Assembly (NCBI GenBank): GCA_016188245.1
Contig: JACPIE010000040.1
Location: 1 to 62,364, forward strand
Length of the DNA stretch: 62,364 nt
From: Candidatus Woesearchaeota archaeon
GTDB lineage: Archaea > Nanobdellota > Nanobdellia > Woesearchaeales > GW2011-AR4
Reading direction: 5' to 3'
This document shows positions 57,271 through 62,364 of the stretch, piece after piece. The translations under genes were made by a program, and so were the position numbers. The notes beneath the pieces were generated by a model. It searched no databases. It was not told the DNA's origin and saw nothing but the letters and a program-made list of their open reading frames with translations. Position 1 is the first letter of the stretch; each line of letters opens with the position of its first letter.

Positions 57271-58212
57271 ATGAAAAGAAAAGTAATCCAGATTGCCAAT
57301 TCCACACAGCTGATTTCACTGCCAAGGAGATGGGCGCAGAAGTATGGGGTTAAGAAGGGTGACGAGATTGAGGTTGAAGAAGATGGAAATAAAATTGTTA
57401 TAAGCACTGAAAGAACGCAGGATGCCGGAAATATAGAAGTGGACATCACTGGATTGGACAGAGACTCTTTCATGTTTTTAATAAGAACCCTGTATATAAG
57501 AGGCTACGACGAAATCAAATTAAATTTTACCAATCAAATTGCAGATCATCATAGATTAGGCAAAAAGATAAAAGTGATATCGGAAATACATACAGAAGTC
57601 AATAGATTAACCGGCATAGAAGTCATTCAGCAAAAAGAGAATTTTTGCGTATTGAAAGTCCTGTCAGAAAGTTCTGTCAAGGATTTTGATTTGATATTAA
57701 GGAGGATATTCCTTCTTTTAACTGATGCGAGTGCTGATTTAGCCAGGGGAGCTACAAAAAGCGACAGGTATCTTGTTGAAAGCCTTGAGGAAAAGCATAA
57801 CACAATAACAAAATTTATGGCCAATGCTTTAAGATTATTAAACAAAGGTGGCTATCCAGATTACAAAAAAATTGCATTGCTCTACCACATAATAGAATCG
57901 CTGGACAACATAAACGACATACTAAAGGAAAGCGCCCGGGATATTGTAAATTCAAAAATTGTAATTTCAAAATCTTGCGATAATTTTTTGCAGCTTATTA
58001 ACACCTCAATTCATGATTATTATGACCTTTTCTATAAATTTGACTTCAAATTAGTGGAAAAATTAAGCTCTGATAGGTACAAAATTCTGAATAATGTAAA
58101 AATGCTTTCTAAAAAGTTAAACAAGGACGAAATGAGGGTATTGCTGAACCAGGCAAGAGTAGTTGACGCCATCTACACTTTAAAAGTGACAAGAATGGCT
58201 ATGGAGTATTAA
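57271..58212 (+). CDS. AbrB-PhoU domain regulator
   Basis: KRKVIQIANSTQLISLPRRWA AbrB N-terminus; helical PhoU-like repeats. Confidence 0.88.
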   Translation: MKRKVIQIANSTQLISLPRRWAQKYGVKKGDEIEVEEDGNKIVISTERTQDAGNIEVDITGLDRDSFMFLIRTLYIRGYDEIKLNFTNQIADHHRLGKKIKVISEIHTEVNRLTGIEVIQQKENFCVLKVLSESSVKDFDLILRRIFLLLTDASADLARGATKSDRYLVESLEEKHNTITKFMANALRLLNKGGYPDYKKIALLYHIIESLDNINDILKESARDIVNSKIVISKSCDNFLQLINTSIHDYYDLFYKFDFKLVEKLSSDRYKILNNVKMLSKKLNKDEMRVLLNQARVVDAIYTLKVTRMAMEY

Positions 58213-58219
58213 ATAAAAT

Positions 58220-59302
58220 TTAGGCTGCCCGTTTTTGAGCCACATACACGCGAGACCAGCCATAATGCAATCTTTGTCCAATTGTGGCATTTTGCTCCAA
58301 ATCTTTCCATGTATTGACTTTTAAAAATGGTGGAATTTGTCTACGCGGATTCTGTAAGGAATTATCAAAAAGTTCCAAATCATCATCTCTGATATCTCCA
58401 ATCTTAATTGGCCTTGATGGCGCAACAAGGACTCCATCCTCTTTCACAAAATGTAAACCCGCCTCCCCCATTGCATTTTTTATGTCATGCTCGTATCTAA
58501 CGTGTTCGACTGGGATTTCAATAAGAGCGGGATACCTTTCTTTAGTGACTTTTTCTTTATCTTTGAACCCCTTGTAAAATGGGCTATGCTCATTTGGCAT
58601 AGATAGAATGACATATCCTCCTTGTCTGGTAACTCTTGCCCTTTCCTGCAATAAACCAATTAGGTTTTGTTCATGTTCGTCTACGCCAGAAGTTAGGACT
58701 ACATCAAACATACCTGGTCTAAAAGGCATTTCGTGATAGTCGCCTTGCAATAGATTAACCCTATCCCTTGTACCATAATGATCTCCAAGGTAGCTTGTAA
58801 AATCCAATGCACCTATAGAGGCATCTAATCCAGTAGGAATTGCTCCTCTTTTAGCCAATTTGTGTAGGGTCAAGCCGCTGCCGCTCCCTGCCTCTAAAAT
58901 TTTTTTATCAACAATTCCTTCACCGTTAAATAAACCCGCTATTAATTGAACAGTTAAGTCATAATGCAAAGATCTGCCAGGCAAATGCATTTCGTAGGTA
59001 CCACCTGAGGAACCTATTCTCATTCTAGTGACGGCTTTTTCCAGTAACCAGTAAATAGTCCAACCAGTGTTTACATCGTAATCTTGAATATTAAAAGGCT
59101 GACCTTCTTTAAATTCCCTTGGAACATTTATTCCAAAGTTTCTTAATGATTCGTCAGCTATTCCCCTTGCCTCAAGAGTAGTTGTAATAGGTCTGCCCCC
59201 TTCTTCATCAAAAATTTCAGAAGTTTTTCTATCTAATAAGAAAAAAGTGTTTATTCTATCAACTAAACTTCTTTGGTCTATTGGTCTTCGTATAGCATTC
59301 AT
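58220..59302 (-). CDS. Class I SAM-dependent methyltransferase with N-terminal extension
   Basis: ILEAGSGSG, GLDAS, GDYHEMPF...FDVV, RVTRQGG. Confidence 0.85.
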   Translation of the reverse strand: MNAIRRPIDQRSLVDRINTFFLLDRKTSEIFDEEGGRPITTTLEARGIADESLRNFGINVPREFKEGQPFNIQDYDVNTGWTIYWLLEKAVTRMRIGSSGGTYEMHLPGRSLHYDLTVQLIAGLFNGEGIVDKKILEAGSGSGLTLHKLAKRGAIPTGLDASIGALDFTSYLGDHYGTRDRVNLLQGDYHEMPFRPGMFDVVLTSGVDEHEQNLIGLLQERARVTRQGGYVILSMPNEHSPFYKGFKDKEKVTKERYPALIEIPVEHVRYEHDIKNAMGEAGLHFVKEDGVLVAPSRPIKIGDIRDDDLELFDNSLQNPRRQIPPFLKVNTWKDLEQNATIGQRLHYGWSRVYVAQKRAA

Positions 59303-59501
59303 ATTTAACCTTATAACTTAAGTCCTATAAGGACTGGTAGTAAAGCCATAAGCCTCTAAAAACTTCAGTATTAAAGTAAGCCTTCACCGTATTTAAATCT
59401 ATCGTTGTTATATAAAATATATAAAAAGCGTCTGCATATATATTTGTGCATAGCCGCTTTTAAAAGAAAAACAAGAAAAATAACCACTCTGCATCACTAA
59501 C

Positions 59502-59612
59502 TTACTTGTACCTTAGGTCATCTGTCAGGTCTTCAACATATAATATATCAAATTCATCCTCATCCAACCTGCCATCTGTATGGATATATCTACTCAAGTT
59601 CATCTGCCTCAT
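59502..59612 (-). CDS. 36-aa acidic peptide, DDLRYK family copy 2
   Basis: GGGGTGA RBS then MRQMNLSRYIHTDGRLDEDEFDILYVEDLTDDLRYK. Confidence 0.7.
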   Translation of the reverse strand: MRQMNLSRYIHTDGRLDEDEFDILYVEDLTDDLRYK

Positions 59613-59768
59613 TTTTTCACCCCATAGAAGACGCAGCTTATATTTTTTAGAAATAACTGCATCCCCCAAATTAAAATAGTTGCATAAGAGATGTTTATAT
59701 ATATCTTCTGTGCATATTATATATGGAATATGCTCATGCCATTGTTTATATGAAACATGATTATTTGC

Positions 59769-59915
59769 TGTCGGAAATCGCAATTTTTATGATTATTTTT
59801 TCGATTTCCTGAGCGAGTCTCTTCGCGAGCGAAGCAAAGCTTCGCAAGTCATGCGAGCTTTCGCATGTCACACGAACTCGCTCACTCACTGTGATCAAGC
59901 GTAGTGTTTTTGACA
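59769..59915 (-). mobile_element. Element copy D, reversed, with a GC-rich multi-hairpin in its centre
   Basis: TGTCGGAAATCG...CGATTTCC; TGAGCGAGT...ACTCGCTCA enclosing two hairpins; ends GTGTTTTTGACA. Confidence 0.65.
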
Positions 59916-59991
59916 TTTCACTATTTTAAAGTGCAACGCCAAGTCGTTATTAACAACAAATTTATAAATTTGCCATTTAATCATTGGGATT

Positions 59992-61302
59992 ATGGAAATT
60001 TTGTTGATTGGCAATGGCGCAAGAGAGCACGCAATAGCCGAAGCTTTCAAAAAGAACAGCCGAGCGGCGCTGCACTCTTATTTAAAATCAAAAAATCTCG
60101 GGATTACCTCGCTTTCCGGAAGCTTTGAAATCGGAAGCTATAATGATTTTGAACTAATAAAACTCTTTGCTCAAAAATCAAAGCCGGACTTTGCCTTCAT
60201 AGGCCCTGAAGAGCCGCTGAAAAACGGCATTGTTGATTTGCTGGGGGGCATGGGAGTTTCTTCGATAGGCCCTTCAAAAAGCCTTGCCAGGCTTGAAACA
60301 AGCAAGTCGTTTACAAGAATATTGCTGAAAAAATACAAAATTGAAGGCAACCCAAAATTCCGGATTTTTAATGATGAGGACATTGGCGATGCGAAGGGGT
60401 TTATCAAAGAGCTTGGGCAGTGCGTCATAAAGCCGGATGGGCTGACAGGCGGAAAAGGAGTCAAGGTCCAGGGCGACCATTTCAAAACAGGGAAAGATGC
60501 GCTTGAGTACTGCAATGAAGTCCTGCAAGCACACCCTGCGGTGATTATCGAGGAAAAGCTTGACGGGGAGGAGTTCTCGCTGCAGTGCTTAAGCGACGGG
60601 AAAACTGTGATTGCGATGCCTCCTGTCCAGGACCATAAAAGGGCTTTTGCTGATGATAAGGGAAGCAACACAGGCGGGATGGGATCTTATTCCTGCGAAA
60701 ACCATTTGCTTCCGTTTTTAACAAAAAAAGATGTTGAAGAAGGGCTGGAAATCACCCAAAAAGTTGCAGATGCCGTTCACAAAGAAACTGGCGAATTCTA
60801 CAAAGGAGTTATGTACGCCGGACTGATTAAAACTAAAGAAGGCATAAATGTTGTGGAGTACAATGCAAGGTTTGGCGATCCTGAAGCTATGAACGTGCTG
60901 CCGCTGATGGAAGCTGATTTTGTGGAAGTATGCAGCGCAATAATCAACCAAAATCTGAATAAAATAAAAATAAAATTCCAAAAAAAGGCAACTGTCTGCA
61001 AATACCTTGTTCCTGACGGATACCCGGATAATCCGGCTAAAAATGAGAAAATCACAGTTGGAAAGATTCCCGGCAGTGCAAAGCTCTACTATTCATCCGT
61101 GGAGCAAAAAGAGGATGGTTTGTATACAACAAATTCAAGGGCAATTGCATGCCTTGGCATTTCAGATAATTTGGAAAAAGCGGAAAAAATTGCAGAGGAA
61201 GCTGCAAAATCTGTCAAAGGAAGATTGTTTCACAGGGAAGACATAGGAACTAAAAAATTGATTGAGAAAAGGATAAGGCATATGAAAGATGTCTTGAACT
61301 AA
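59992..61302 (+). CDS. purD: Phosphoribosylamine-glycine ligase
   Basis: GNGAREHA, GPEEPL, DGLTGGKGV, QDHKR, NTGGMG, EYNARFGDPE. Confidence 0.97.
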   Translation: MEILLIGNGAREHAIAEAFKKNSRAALHSYLKSKNLGITSLSGSFEIGSYNDFELIKLFAQKSKPDFAFIGPEEPLKNGIVDLLGGMGVSSIGPSKSLARLETSKSFTRILLKKYKIEGNPKFRIFNDEDIGDAKGFIKELGQCVIKPDGLTGGKGVKVQGDHFKTGKDALEYCNEVLQAHPAVIIEEKLDGEEFSLQCLSDGKTVIAMPPVQDHKRAFADDKGSNTGGMGSYSCENHLLPFLTKKDVEEGLEITQKVADAVHKETGEFYKGVMYAGLIKTKEGINVVEYNARFGDPEAMNVLPLMEADFVEVCSAIINQNLNKIKIKFQKKATVCKYLVPDGYPDNPAKNEKITVGKIPGSAKLYYSSVEQKEDGLYTTNSRAIACLGISDNLEKAEKIAEEAAKSVKGRLFHREDIGTKKLIEKRIRHMKDVLN

Positions 61303-61342
61303 AATCAAAACCTTTAAATATTTTAAAATAACTTTTTAAGCC

Positions 61343-62056
61343 ATGGCAAAAAAAAGAGGAAAATCCAAAGATAAGTCCATTTCTAGGAAAATCATCAAAA
61401 AATCAAAAGCTGCAAAAAGTAAACTGAAAACTGCAGTAAAAGCTGCTGAAGCCCCAAAGCCGATGAAGGATGCCCTGCACGAGCTTGAAATTCTTGCGGA
61501 AGAAAAGAAAGTCGAGGATAAGGTTAGCGGCATAGAAAAGAAAGAGGACTTAATCAGGCAGAAAGAGCTGTCAATTTTGACAGAAGAGAAAAAAATTGAA
61601 AAAGAAGCTGAAAATGTTGAGAAGCTTGAAAAAGAGATCAAAAAAGAAGTCACACCCAAGCCGCTGAAGGCAGTGGGCATCAAGGACTTAAGCAAGGGGA
61701 TTGTAGGGGCTTTTATCGGGGTTGTTGCGCATTTTGCATTCATATATGGCAAGCAGATAGCGAGCAATATAACAATGACCCGGGCGACTATTTTGCTTGC
61801 ATTTTCCTATGTGATGATAATAATCCTCATGTATGAGACTGGCTACAGAGAGATAAAGGAAAAAAGGCTGTTTGGTATTCTGCCCAAAAGGGCGACAGCT
61901 ATTTTTTTCACATCACTCTTTATGATTCCGGTTATTTTCTTTCTTTTTAACCAGCTGAATCTTTCGAATATAACGGAACTTTACAAGCAGATTGCCGTAA
62001 CCTCAGTTCTTGCGTCTGTAGGGGCAGGCACTGCAGACCTAATCGGCAAGGATTAG
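61343..62056 (+). CDS. Membrane protein (DUF2391-like) with K-rich coiled-coil N-terminus
   Basis: Four hydrophobic segments; C-terminal GAGTADL. Confidence 0.7.
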   Translation: MAKKRGKSKDKSISRKIIKKSKAAKSKLKTAVKAAEAPKPMKDALHELEILAEEKKVEDKVSGIEKKEDLIRQKELSILTEEKKIEKEAENVEKLEKEIKKEVTPKPLKAVGIKDLSKGIVGAFIGVVAHFAFIYGKQIASNITMTRATILLAFSYVMIIILMYETGYREIKEKRLFGILPKRATAIFFTSLFMIPVIFFLFNQLNLSNITELYKQIAVTSVLASVGAGTADLIGKD

Positions 62057-62089
62057 AAAGATTTTTATTGATTGCTGGAAGTTTTGGCT

Positions 62090-62364
62090 ATGATGAAAAT
62101 TCCGCTTAAGGAATCCATGCTTGAAAAAAGAGGTTCTTTGGATAAAAATCAGATTTTGGAGAAAAGCGAACAAATAAAAAAAAGATTGTTGGGCCTTGAG
62201 CAATATAAAAATTCCAAAACAATAATGTTCTTTGTTTCATTCAGCAGCGAAGTTTATACTCATTCAATGATAGGGGATGCGCTGAAAAATAAAACAGTTG
62301 TTGTCCCAAAAGTCATGCATCACGGGATTGAGCCTTCTGTCATCATTGACTTTGACAGCCTGAT
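62090..62364 (+). CDS. 5-formyltetrahydrofolate cyclo-ligase, 5' partial
   Basis: KxxMLEKR...IMFFVSFSSEVYT...VVVPKV. Confidence 0.85.
   Translation, partial: MMKIPLKESMLEKRGSLDKNQILEKSEQIKKRLLGLEQYKNSKTIMFFVSFSSEVYTHSMIGDALKNKTVVVPKVMHHGIEPSVIIDFDSL

Noticed and set aside
59613-59783. N-terminal extension of the 93-aa ORF 59502-59783
   Set aside because: The RBS and the paralogue point to the ATG at 59612; the extension crosses promoter-like DNA and an element end
1-62364. Numerous 60-240 aa ORFs antisense or frame-shifted over recognised genes
   Set aside because: Shadow ORFs with no motifs, fully overlapping well-supported CDSs
1-62364. CRISPR array or rRNA
   Set aside because: No regularly spaced direct repeats, cas genes or rRNA-like sequence seen

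Overview
Archaeal chromosomal segment, most likely from a DPANN/Woesearchaeota-like organism (inferred from S8e, L37e, Sm, class I LysRS, Pth2, PurP, ZPR1, archaeal SepF, BHB-intron tRNAs and TATA/GGTG signals alongside a bacterial-type DnaK/DnaJ/GrpE set). It starts inside an IS transposase. It carries a chaperone cluster, an apt-mtnA-lsrF-Zn dehydrogenase-mtnP cluster, a DapL-type lysine operon with lysS, larBCE with a Ni transporter and NikR, a RimK pair, purine genes (purA, two purP-like, guaA, purF, purD), three toxin-antitoxin pairs, three intron-containing tRNAs and many orphan genes. Best leads: (1) a possible oxidative 5'-deoxyadenosine/MTA salvage route, in which a Zn dehydrogenase would turn 5-deoxyribulose-1-P into the LsrF substrate, giving DHAP + acetyl-CoA; (2) a tRNA with a Ser-like body but a Leu CAA anticodon; (3) short multi-hairpin insertion elements, one apparently in frame inside a protein and others displacing start codons; (4) a tRNA-Lys with an inverted 19-56 tertiary pair; (5) two paralogous unannotated peptides ending in DDLRYK. 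All family calls are from motif recognition by eye, and no searches were run.
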